Below are positions 1-8,430 of a DNA stretch of 51,394 nt, in pieces; positions within the stretch are counted from its first letter, which is position 1; each line of letters starts with the position of its first letter. Made by a program: the position numbers and the translations under genes. The stretch spans positions 1-51,394 of IMG/VR virus record IMGVR_UViG_3300025087_000094; one strand, 5' to 3'. The notes below the pieces were generated by a model. That model ran no database searches and was not told the origin of the DNA. It saw nothing but the letters and a program-made list of their open reading frames with translations. The DNA comes from a virus (lineage: Duplodnaviria; Caudoviricetes).

Positions 1-21
1 ATGTTCATGACTACTCTCCAA

Positions 22-1632
22 TCAATCCCACCTGTCAATGATGTATCGAATCCGCACGCCGCCGGACGTAACTCGCACCGTCTCGGCTATGTTCACTCCC
101 CTAGACATCATCACACCGCATGCCGATTGCTCGCGTCCAGGCAGCGTGCTTTTCTTCACATGAGCCTCGATGACACTTCGCACCGGGTGAAGTTCGCTGC
201 GAAGGCATTCCACGAACAGTCCTCCTCCCGGGCCAACGTGCGTCTCGTGGCAGCCCAGCAGAATCAATGCCACGTGCTCGCCCTGGTTCGCGTGCGTTCG
301 TCCGTGCCACATGTGCGGAGCGAGTGACACGGCTTCCACGTCTACCCAAATTCCAGAACTAAGCCCGAACTCGGAAGGGAACGAGCCATTCGCATGCAGG
401 TACCAACTCACTTGATTCCTGTGCTCGGGAGAATCCCATTGCAGCACCGGAGGCGCGTCGGCATGCACGGCAGTAACATGCACGACGAATGGCGTTTTTG
501 CGTTACGTGTCTGGTACTCAATCCGTTCGGCGTTCGGTAGCACGTCTCGCGCGAACTTGTGCCATGTGATGGTGCGACTTGGGCCGTCCAACGTTGCGAC
601 CTGATTCGAACGCTTCAGGTGCGAGAACACTCCTACTCCAGTCGATTCACTCTTCGGCTTGTACTCCCACACCTTCTCTAGTTCGTCCACCAGAGCGAAC
701 CTGCGTTCAAGCGCGCTGGCAATCCCCATTCGTTCGACAAGTTTCTCTGCCTCCGCAATCTGTCCGTTCGTTGGCGCTGCGGTAGGGCGCTGGTATTGCA
801 GCGGGTGCATTTTTTCGCTGAACTTCCGAGACACAACATCGAACGGAAGACCCGCTACGATGTCCTCTAGCAAAGTGCCAATCATGCTAGAGCGAACATG
901 ACAGAACCCAGCGGGAGCTTCGGCTACAGCGCGCCACAGGATAGCCGCTCTCTTGCGACTATCCACCACACCTTCAAGTCGCCCCTGAAGGTCTAGCAGC
1001 CACGTAGCAACGCCCAAGACTTTCTCGCTTCGGTACAGTGCATCGGATTCAAGCAGCGTCTTTGCCTGTCGAACCACGTGCGCAGGGAACTCCGCGAGCG
1101 CGCGTTTGAGAGTCTTCATGTCTTGCAGTTTCGCCGCTTCTGCTTGGAACTCGGACTGCACTGGAGAACTGAACACCAACGAACTCGGAAGCGATGCGTG
1201 CATGTGCTTCCACTCGCCTGTTTCGGGAGTACCGAGAACGGACGCGCGGGAGTAGAACACGCCGCACACGGTGGCGTTGCGCACCAACGACTCCACTGCC
1301 TTGACGGACGCGCGGAAGAAATTGGGCGCAACCTCCGAGTCCCAGATTGCCGGCATCCTGCTGCCGTCATCATTCACAACCACAAGACTCCCGAATCTTT
1401 GCACGAACGAACTGCATGCGTGACAGGTGTAGTGCTGCCTACGCTCTTCGGGAAGCGCGGCAAGGAATGACTTGAACAGAGCGCCAGCGTTCGTGCGGAA
1501 CAGCGCCTTAGCTCCGCTTGTCCTGCGTTGAAACGTGGATACGAGAGACGCAAGGAACTCGTCGTATTGCTCATCGTCGCCCACGCTAAGCGTCGGCGCG
1601 TGACAGGTGCATTGTGAGCACGAGTGTCCCAT
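22..1632 (-). CDS. conserved phage hypothetical protein (CxxC 'HYTCHAC' motif)
   Basis: 536-aa ORF with GAGGTG RBS, directly downstream of ssb; no function recognised. Confidence 0.75.
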   Translation of the reverse strand: MGHSCSQCTCHAPTLSVGDDEQYDEFLASLVSTFQRRTSGAKALFRTNAGALFKSFLAALPEERRQHYTCHACSSFVQRFGSLVVVNDDGSRMPAIWDSEVAPNFFRASVKAVESLVRNATVCGVFYSRASVLGTPETGEWKHMHASLPSSLVFSSPVQSEFQAEAAKLQDMKTLKRALAEFPAHVVRQAKTLLESDALYRSEKVLGVATWLLDLQGRLEGVVDSRKRAAILWRAVAEAPAGFCHVRSSMIGTLLEDIVAGLPFDVVSRKFSEKMHPLQYQRPTAAPTNGQIAEAEKLVERMGIASALERRFALVDELEKVWEYKPKSESTGVGVFSHLKRSNQVATLDGPSRTITWHKFARDVLPNAERIEYQTRNAKTPFVVHVTAVHADAPPVLQWDSPEHRNQVSWYLHANGSFPSEFGLSSGIWVDVEAVSLAPHMWHGRTHANQGEHVALILLGCHETHVGPGGGLFVECLRSELHPVRSVIEAHVKKSTLPGREQSACGVMMSRGVNIAETVRVTSGGVRIRYIIDRWD

Positions 1633-1640
1633 GGTGCACC

Positions 1641-2090
1641 TCAGAACGGTATATCTTCATCGTTCGGGAAATCGTTGTGCGGCTCTTCCTGCGCCGGCTG
1701 CCGTGCCGGTTGCTGCGTCCGCTCCCTCTTCGCTCCACCGTTTCCGCCACCATTCGTTCGCGCCTCCGAGTCCTCACGCGAGCTAAGCATCTGGACATCG
1801 TTCACACGAATCTCGAGCGCCACTCGGTTCTCGCCGCTGGTGGATTGGAAGATACGCGGGACCTGGAGTTCACCGTTCACGAGCACGGGCTTGCCTTTCG
1901 TGAGATGCTGACACACCTTCTCTGCGCGCGAACCGAACCACGCGCAACTCATCCACAGTGTCTCGCCGTCCTTCTTGAACGAGCTGACACCGATCCGGAA
2001 CTTGACCAGCGAGTCACCACTATCGAGCACTCTCTGTTCCGCGTCGCTTGCGAGATGTCCTGCGAACGTGCAGTTATTGTAACGAGCCAT
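1641..2090 (-). CDS. ssb: single-stranded DNA-binding protein
   Basis: OB-fold SSB signature (GHLASD, WMSCAWFG, LTKGKPVLVNGEL) and acidic C-terminal tail DEDIPF. Confidence 0.95.
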   Translation of the reverse strand: MARYNNCTFAGHLASDAEQRVLDSGDSLVKFRIGVSSFKKDGETLWMSCAWFGSRAEKVCQHLTKGKPVLVNGELQVPRIFQSTSGENRVALEIRVNDVQMLSSREDSEARTNGGGNGGAKRERTQQPARQPAQEEPHNDFPNDEDIPF

Positions 2091-2142
2091 TGTATTCCTC
2101 TTTCCTCTTTCTATTCCTTGGTGCTAACTTCCGTGCTGGATG

Positions 2143-2841
2143 TTACCGCCTTACTGCCTTCCCCCTACCATCGACACCATACTTCACGTTAGGCTCTATT
2201 CCTCCCTCTCCCACGTAGAACGTGGCGATTCGGTATCGGTCACCATCCCACCATCGTAGGTTCAAAATTCCGCCGTCCCCCGCCGTAGCCGTGCCGCACT
2301 CCCCCGCCGTAGCCGTGCCGCGATTTCCCGCCGTAGCCGTGCCGGAGTACCCCGCCGTAGCCGTGCCGCGATTCCCCGCCGTAGCCGTGCCGCAGTCCCC
2401 CGCCGTAGCCGTGCCGGAGTACCCCGCCGTAGCCGTGCCGCAGTCCCCCGCCGTAGCCGTGCCGTACTCCCCCGCCGTAGCCGTGCCGCGATTCCCCGCC
2501 GTAGCCGTGCCGGAGTATCCGACAACTGCTTGTGAGGATATCACCTCCGCGAACCAGTGTTCCTCAGCGGCGCGACGCTCCAATGCCTCGCGTGCCCTGC
2601 GCTCCAACTCGGGATCTCCAGCGAACGTCCACTTCGGCAACCTGTCTTGGTCCACAGAGTAATGCCACGTAGACAGATTGTTGCGCGCATCTGGATTGGG
2701 CACAATCTCGATGCGCACCAAGTCACACCGTAGACCGTCCAGTGCCTCAAGCTTGTGTGCGGAGATGATGTCCTCATGCGAATTGGATGCGCACCAGAAC
2801 ACGTTATCCTTGGTCACAACGAACGATGCGAATTGACACAT
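2143..2841 (-). CDS. phage protein with 8-aa GTATAGxx tandem repeats (beta-solenoid-like)
   Basis: Start moved to MCQFASF (ATG 2841) after AAGGAAAGGA RBS and promoter; about 10 octapeptide repeats. Confidence 0.8.
   Translation of the reverse strand: MCQFASFVVTKDNVFWCASNSHEDIISAHKLEALDGLRCDLVRIEIVPNPDARNNLSTWHYSVDQDRLPKWTFAGDPELERRAREALERRAAEEHWFAEVISSQAVVGYSGTATAGNRGTATAGEYGTATAGDCGTATAGYSGTATAGDCGTATAGNRGTATAGYSGTATAGNRGTATAGECGTATAGDGGILNLRWWDGDRYRIATFYVGEGGIEPNVKYGVDGRGKAVRR
2276..2520. repeat. 24-bp coding tandem repeat, about 10 copies
   Basis: Invariant CCCGCCGTAGCCGTGCCG core plus about 6 variable nt per unit. Confidence 0.95.
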
Positions 2842-2869
2842 GCTCACGTTCCTTTCCTTCAGACCGAAC

Positions 2870-2898
2870 AACCTAACCACCTCGCTTTCGCGTGTCAA
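2870..2898 (-). promoter_or_regulatory. leftward sigma70-type promoter
   Basis: TTGACA-17-TAGGTT with GTGGT before the -10 box and an upstream A-tract. Confidence 0.75.
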
Positions 2899-2910
2899 CT
2901 ATTTTTTTCG

Positions 2911-3417
2911 TTATCCTGTTTTCCCCAGCGTTTTCGCGCGCATAGATGGCACGACATCGGACGCGCGCCGTGCTCGGTCGGGCGCGGAACTCCGCATCCG
3001 GTCCCTGTAATACGTCACGCGCGACCACCAATAATCGTCGCCTGGGTCGGTCGCGTGCCCGGTCTCGGATGCCAGCACGGTTGTAAGCTCGTGTTCGCCC
3101 CATCCTTCTAGTGCGGCGAGTACCGGGACGCGCGAGTGGTACGGGTCCGCTGTTGGCCCCGGTGACGTCGTGGAGCGGTCCGGTGCTGTCCCATGTCCTG
3201 ACAGCAGGTAGTCCACGGTCGTGCCCAGGACGGCGGCAATACGCGCGAGCATGCTCGGGCTCGGTCTCGCTTCCGGGTTCGCCAGCGCGCGCTTTCGCAG
3301 GACAGCTATCGCCGCACCGCTCGCACCAATCGCGCGACCAAGCGCACGCTGCGATAGCCCCGCGCGGATTCGCTCCGTTTCGATGCGGTCCCAGACGATA
3401 TTACCGCTCCCCGTCAT
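2911..3417 (-). CDS. XRE-family HTH repressor-like protein
   Basis: RIRAGLSQRALGRAIG...LARIAAVLGTTVDYLL; divergent from the rightward operon; start placed at ATG 3417 because 3425-3453 is a promoter (3456 is possible). Confidence 0.85.
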   Translation of the reverse strand: MTGSGNIVWDRIETERIRAGLSQRALGRAIGASGAAIAVLRKRALANPEARPSPSMLARIAAVLGTTVDYLLSGHGTAPDRSTTSPGPTADPYHSRVPVLAALEGWGEHELTTVLASETGHATDPGDDYWWSRVTYYRDRMRSSAPDRARRASDVVPSMRAKTLGKTG

Positions 3418-3424
3418 TTCTGGC

Positions 3425-3453
3425 TTGCGTCCCGGTCGGTTAGTGGTTACGTT
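3425..3453 (+). promoter_or_regulatory. rightward sigma70-type promoter
   Basis: TTGCGT-17-TACGTT with GTGGT before the -10 box. Confidence 0.6.
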
Positions 3454-3601
3454 CATGTCCCTACTATGAATACGACGAGTGCAATCGGTTCCTGCTCAAG
3501 TGCGGGCTTCCACGGACCCTGAAGGGAACGGGCGGCAACTACGCTATTCGGTGCAAGCAGTGTCGAGACGCGGAGGCCCTTTACAGACTGGAGAACGAGT
3601 C

Positions 3602-3859
3602 ATGAACGAACACGACAATCAAGCAAGCAAGGAAGCAGCTTCGGAAGCGACCAAGGCAAGGCAAGCACTGGTCAACTGGTGGAATTCGCAGCCCTCCGTT
3701 GGAGCGAACAAGCCTTTCATCGTCACGCTCGACGGCAAGCCGTTCGCTGGATTCGATACCCAGGAACAGGCCAAGGCAGCATCCGCCATGTACGCAACGC
3801 ACAACGGAGCCAAGGCCAGCGACGCATTCAAATCGCGCAAGTGGGAGATTCGCTCGTGA
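3602..3859 (+). CDS. hypothetical protein
   Basis: ATG 3602 after GGAG RBS; internal start of the ORF-track ORF 3479..3859. Confidence 0.6.
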   Translation: MNEHDNQASKEAASEATKARQALVNWWNSQPSVGANKPFIVTLDGKPFAGFDTQEQAKAASAMYATHNGAKASDAFKSRKWEIRS

Positions 3860-4013
3860 CTCCCACCCAGCGCGCATTCTGGTTCACATTCGCGCTCATC
3901 GCGTACCACACCGGACTTCGCGAGTGGGCTAGCTCGTGGTCCGTCAACACTACAGGGGGGCTACTGTCGTGAGCAATGTTGCCTCCCCCGTACTGGGAGC
4001 AACAACCTACGGA

Positions 4014-4033
4014 GTGCAGTCTGATATCTGCAA
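4014..4033. promoter_or_regulatory. TGCAG-N8-CTGCA motif, copy 1
   Basis: GTGCAGTCTGATATCTGCAA; same motif at 28273, 31981, 32976 and 34264. Confidence 0.65.
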
Positions 4034-4164
4034 CCCCGAACTATATCTTACCCCGCGCGCGATGTCCGTGCGCGAGGATAGCAACTAGCAACGAAAGGAA
4101 CCTGCGCGACGACGACTCCAAATAACTAAGACAAACCACGCCCGGAGTTCAGGCCGGGCACTAA

Positions 4165-4236
4165 GCCGCGCTCGTCTAGTGGTTAGGACACAGGACCCTC
4201 AATCCTGGTACACGAGTTCAATTCTCGTGCGCGGTG
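4165..4236 (+). tRNA. tRNA-Glu(CTC), atypical C33
   Basis: Cloverleaf GCCGCGC/GCGCGGT, Glu-type D arm GTCTAGTGGTTAGGAC, CAGGA-CCCTCAA-TCCTG, T arm ACGAG-TTCAATT-CTCGT; followed by CTA rather than CCA. Confidence 0.9.
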
Positions 4237-4249
4237 CTAAGGAGGACAT

Positions 4250-4462
4250 ATGCAAGACACCAATCCGCATGACTGGGTTAGCAGTAGTGGTCATTACCGC
4301 AGATACGTGTGCGGCAAGTGCGGCATGATTCGACACGATGACAGCACTCCAGGCTGGCCCTCATGGTCAACATACTACGACTCAAACGGGAACGGGCTAC
4401 CTCATACCGAGGAACCACCATGCGAGCGCTGGCAGCAACTCTCACTCCCCAACGTCAACTAA
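4250..4462 (+). CDS. small Cys/His (possible Zn-binding) hypothetical protein
   Basis: Strong AAGGAGG RBS; HDW...CGKC...C. Confidence 0.7.
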   Translation: MQDTNPHDWVSSSGHYRRYVCGKCGMIRHDDSTPGWPSWSTYYDSNGNGLPHTEEPPCERWQQLSLPNVN

Positions 4463-4488
4463 CCGACATCTAGGAGCCAATACACCCC

Positions 4489-5568
4489 ATGAAATTCACC
4501 ATCTCTCAGTCCGCGTTCTCCACCGCAATCAACCGCGTCGCGCGCATCGCGAATCGCAAGTCGACCATGCCAGTGCTCGCGAACGTCCTGCTCGTGGCAT
4601 CCGCGGACGGCGTATCGTTCACCACGAGCGACCTTCGCATGTACGCGCGCGCAACCGCTCCCGCGACCGTCGCCGCACCCGGAACCATCGCCGTCTCAGC
4701 CGCGGACCTTGCCGCGCGCGTGGCTCAACTCACGGGCGACGTCTCGGTCGTGCTGGACAAATCTCACCTCACACTCAAGGCCGGAACTCGTAAGTTCAAG
4801 CTCCAGACCATCGACGCGGAACACTTCCCGCCCTTCGCTACCATCGACGCAGCGGAGTCTTTCACGGTCGAATCCAAGCGCCTTGTCGGGCTCATCCGCG
4901 GCGCAATTTATGCGTCTTCTCTGGACGAAGCGCGCGCCTATCTCTCGCTTGTGCAGATTGAGAGCAAGGGCACGGGCGAACTCCTGGCGATGGCAACGGA
5001 CGGACACCGAATCGCCATGCGCTCGCTGCCTGTCACCACACCCGCCGTGAGCATCCCTATCCCGCGCAATGCCGCGCTTGAAGTCGTGCGTGTGCTGGAT
5101 TCTCTCGCGGGCTCAGTATCAGTCATGAGCGACGGCAAGCGCCTGCAACTCGACGGCGAAAACATCACATTCACCATGCAGCTTTCGGACGCGGTTCTGC
5201 CCGACGTTGCGGCAGTGCTATCCCAAGCCAAGGAAGGCGCGGCCGAAGTTCGAATCCCACGCGCGTCGCTGCTTTCGGCAATCAAGGCCGTGTCCGTGGC
5301 GAGCGATATCAAGAGCCCGGCCGTGTCACTCTCGTTCTCGGCGGGCACACTCCTCGTTAGCACCAAAGATGACGCTGGCAAGGACGAAGTCCCGTGCGAG
5401 TACGTTGGCGACGAGTTCAAGTTCTCGGTCAACCCACAATACTTCATCGAAACACTCAGCGCGTGCGAGGACGAAGAGGTGAGCATGCGAACGAACGCGC
5501 AAGGGTTGATGCCGGTATGGATGTCCGGCGATGGGTGGGAAGCGGTTGTGATGCCGCTTAGAAGCTAG
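4489..5568 (+). CDS. dnaN: DNA polymerase III beta subunit (sliding clamp)
   Basis: 359 aa; MKFTI start, KSTMPVLANVLL, ATDGHRIA, NPQYFIETL, terminal VVMPLR. Confidence 0.95.
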   Translation: MKFTISQSAFSTAINRVARIANRKSTMPVLANVLLVASADGVSFTTSDLRMYARATAPATVAAPGTIAVSAADLAARVAQLTGDVSVVLDKSHLTLKAGTRKFKLQTIDAEHFPPFATIDAAESFTVESKRLVGLIRGAIYASSLDEARAYLSLVQIESKGTGELLAMATDGHRIAMRSLPVTTPAVSIPIPRNAALEVVRVLDSLAGSVSVMSDGKRLQLDGENITFTMQLSDAVLPDVAAVLSQAKEGAAEVRIPRASLLSAIKAVSVASDIKSPAVSLSFSAGTLLVSTKDDAGKDEVPCEYVGDEFKFSVNPQYFIETLSACEDEEVSMRTNAQGLMPVWMSGDGWEAVVMPLRS

Positions 5569-5608
5569 TAGTAATAGGAGCAGGGATAGGACTAATAGGA
5601 GTAGGAAC

Positions 5609-5815
5609 ATGAACGTCGTAAAGATGCCCGTTTCGAATCACTCGTGGAGATGCATCGACACCGACGGCAAGCGATGCCCGCAACTTCGCACGTCTCACTT
5701 TGGAACTAGGTATATGTGTCACCCGTTCCACCCGGCAGCGTTGTTGCACGAACGCGATGGGTGCCTAGAGCGATGGCCTGAACGTGTATCGGGAGCTACG
5801 GAGGAGACCGAGTAG
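5609..5815 (+). CDS. small Cys-rich hypothetical protein
   Basis: AGGAG RBS; stop is coupled to the helicase start. Confidence 0.6.
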   Translation: MNVVKMPVSNHSWRCIDTDGKRCPQLRTSHFGTRYMCHPFHPAALLHERDGCLERWPERVSGATEETE

Positions 5816-7215
5816 TGACCCAACCCCTCTACCCCATGCAGCAAGCCTGCGTTGACGCCGTTATCCGAGCGGCCAACGCGGGCAAGCGTGCGCCTCTCAT
5901 CGTAGCCCCGCCAGCGTTTGGGAAGACCAGAGTGGGGGTAGAGTTCCTTCACCGCACGGAAGCCAAAGGCAACCGCGGACTATGGGTCTGTCCCAGGCGC
6001 GAGCTAGCAGACCAGACGGTCGAATCGCTGTATCGCAACGGAGCCGAGCGAGTGTCCGTGCTACGCGGTAACGACTCTCGAGTTGACCCCGATGCGAGAA
6101 TCATCGTCGCGTCAATCCAAACTCTGCGCTCGCGCAAGATTCACCCAGACGCCAACGTAGTGGTATTCGACGAGGCTAGGCACTACGTAGCAAACGACTG
6201 GTTCACCATCGCGGACCACTACCGCAACGCCTACCGAATCGGGCTCGACGCTACCCCGCAGTCAACTACGGGCGCGGCAATGGGCAACCTATTCGATACC
6301 ATCATCGTTGGCGCGCTACCACAGCAACTCATCGCAGAAGGAAAGCTCGTTCCGTGTCGAGTCTTCGCGCCGCCAACTGCACAGAAACAACTCGCTAGTG
6401 ACCCAGCCGAAGCGTACTTGAGACTCGCACCGAATAGGCACGCTGTCATCTTCGCTGCGAGTGTGCAACACGCTGAGAACATCGCTGAGACTCTTCGTGT
6501 GCTAGGAGTGTCCGCGCGATGCATCACGGCTAAGACCAAGGAAGATGACCGTCGAGTCTGGACTGAAGAATTCAGGTCGGGTGCGGTCCGTGTCTTGGTT
6601 GGAATGGGCGTATTCGTTGAAGGGTTCGATGCGCCAATTGCTGACTGTGTGATTCTAGCTCGCCGCGTGTCCGCGCCCGGAACGCTTATCCAGATGTGCG
6701 GACGCGGCATGCGCCTGTATCCGGGCAAGGTCGACTGCCTAGTTCTGGACCTGTGCGGAGTCACCACCGTGGACGGGCTAGACATGCACCCCGACGACGA
6801 CGTAATCTACTCCCTAGAAGGCAAGCCAATCCGTAGCGCGCGCGAGAACCAGGAAGACGAATTTCACGTCCGGCAGTGCCCTGAGTGTGGTGCGTGCGTG
6901 CCATTCGCAGAGTTCCGACTAAGCGTGTGTCCCGAGTGCGGGTATCGTCGACCGGGTAGACCGGACCCGCGCATTCGTAAAGCCGCGCTTGAGGAACGTG
7001 ACAGGAAGTTGCGCGAGTCTCGTTCGGCTAAACTCGAGAACGGTTCGGCGTGTGTCGATTACCTAGTCGGACTCTGTAGCAAGCGCGGAAGCGTTCCGGT
7101 GCGAGGTTGGGAGTTCCAAGCGTTCTCAAAGAAGTACCACCGATTCCCGTACAAGGAAGAGCGGGAAGCGGCGCAACGATTACTAGCAGTTAGGGAGGCG
7201 CCAGCATATGCCTAA
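5815..7215 (+). CDS. SF2 DEAD/DEAH-like helicase with C-terminal Zn ribbon (RadD/YejH-like)
   Basis: Walker A PPAFGKT, DEARH, ATP, EGFD, QMCGRGMR, two CPECG motifs. Confidence 0.9.
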   Translation: MTQPLYPMQQACVDAVIRAANAGKRAPLIVAPPAFGKTRVGVEFLHRTEAKGNRGLWVCPRRELADQTVESLYRNGAERVSVLRGNDSRVDPDARIIVASIQTLRSRKIHPDANVVVFDEARHYVANDWFTIADHYRNAYRIGLDATPQSTTGAAMGNLFDTIIVGALPQQLIAEGKLVPCRVFAPPTAQKQLASDPAEAYLRLAPNRHAVIFAASVQHAENIAETLRVLGVSARCITAKTKEDDRRVWTEEFRSGAVRVLVGMGVFVEGFDAPIADCVILARRVSAPGTLIQMCGRGMRLYPGKVDCLVLDLCGVTTVDGLDMHPDDDVIYSLEGKPIRSARENQEDEFHVRQCPECGACVPFAEFRLSVCPECGYRRPGRPDPRIRKAALEERDRKLRESRSAKLENGSACVDYLVGLCSKRGSVPVRGWEFQAFSKKYHRFPYKEEREAAQRLLAVREAPAYA

Positions 7216-7468
7216 TCAGCAGTCCGAGTCCACGTCACAGTCAGAATACACGTCCGAATCCACGTCCGGATTCGCGGAGTTCGTGGTCTACTGCCGACAC
7301 TCGCCCGAATTCATGCGCGAGTATGACCGGCTACGCGGTAGTTCGTTCACAAGCCGCGGCATGCGCGCACTAGCCGACTTGACGAGCTGCAAGCGCGAAC
7401 GTGACGAGGCCGAGCTTATGGCGTTCCTTGTGCAGTTGTGGGAGAGGGTGGGGAGGGGGAAACAATGA
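7208..7468 (+). CDS. hypothetical protein
   Basis: GGAGG RBS; overlaps both neighbours. Confidence 0.6.
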   Translation: MPNQQSESTSQSEYTSESTSGFAEFVVYCRHSPEFMREYDRLRGSSFTSRGMRALADLTSCKRERDEAELMAFLVQLWERVGRGKQ

Positions 7469-7929
7469 CTCACAATGAACTCTGCGAACGCGCTGCTAGA
7501 TGGTTGCAAAACACGCAGAAGTGCAGGCTCGTACTGCGCGAGGTAGTGTACTACGTAGTTGAGATTCCCGACGCGATTGGCTGGCGTTGGGGTTCGTCGA
7601 TTCTCGTGGAGTGCAAGACGTCTCGCACCGACTTCGCGGTAGACGCGAGGAAGCCGTTCCGTCACGCCAATGCCGGCATGGGGGAGAAGCGATACTTCAT
7701 GACCGAGCCTGGACTCGTGCGACCCGAGGAGTTGCCGATTGGATGGGGGTTGCTTGAGGTACATGAGAAGGCAGTACGAGTCGTGCGTGAAGCGGAATCA
7801 CGCACGCTGGAACCAACGTACTACCGAAACGAGTTGATGCTCATGACCCGCGGGCTCCGCATGGCGAACGGGCAGGATGAGCAGCCGGTCAAGAGGAGTG
7901 CGGCGTACGTGGGAGAGGCGGAACAATGA
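7465..7929 (+). CDS. PD-(D/E)XK-like nuclease (MmcB-like phage family)
   Basis: EIPDAIGW...LVECKTSRTDF; ATGA overlap with the upstream stop. Confidence 0.7.
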   Translation: MTHNELCERAARWLQNTQKCRLVLREVVYYVVEIPDAIGWRWGSSILVECKTSRTDFAVDARKPFRHANAGMGEKRYFMTEPGLVRPEELPIGWGLLEVHEKAVRVVREAESRTLEPTYYRNELMLMTRGLRMANGQDEQPVKRSAAYVGEAEQ

Positions 7930-8429
7930 CCCCCGAAACAAGAATCCTCAACGAGATACGCGCCGACCTTGGACGAGAGAAGGACCTCGTGCTATGGCGC
8001 CTGAATCAAGGCGCGGGCGTCATGGTCCCGCGCGACGCTCTTGACAGGCTCGCAAGTGTGCTTACACTAGCAAGCGCCTTGGCCGGAGGGAAACTGGCAT
8101 CGTTGCTGGACGAAGCGGGTGGAATATTACGTGATATTACCGAACGCAACTACAACCGATTCGGTCTGCCCAAGGGTGCGCCCGACCTTGTTGGCATTAT
8201 CGGCGCACAAGACACGACCGGTAGCGTGTGCGTGCCAGCCACGGGCATCGCGAGTGGTACGGGTCGCTGGGTTGGTATCGAGGTCAAGTCGGCAACTGGC
8301 AGACTCTCACCCGAGCAATCGCAATTCGGGCGCGTCATCGAATCCCGTGGTGGGTTCTGGACCATGGCGCGCTCGGTGACTCAGGCGCGCGAGTTCGTGG
8401 AGCGTTGCAGAGCAATCATTAGGAGGTAG
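7926..8429 (+). CDS. VRR-NUC domain nuclease
   Basis: GAPDL...IEVKSATGRLSPEQ. Confidence 0.85.
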   Translation: MTPETRILNEIRADLGREKDLVLWRLNQGAGVMVPRDALDRLASVLTLASALAGGKLASLLDEAGGILRDITERNYNRFGLPKGAPDLVGIIGAQDTTGSVCVPATGIASGTGRWVGIEVKSATGRLSPEQSQFGRVIESRGGFWTMARSVTQAREFVERCRAIIRR

Positions 8430-8430
8430 C

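Noticed and set aside
4165-4236. tRNA as a prophage attachment site
   Set aside because: No duplicated 3' end, no integrase, and phage genes on both sides
5566-5608. TAGGA-rich short repeats after dnaN
   Set aside because: Short and degenerate; explained as stacked stop codons and RBS-like sequence
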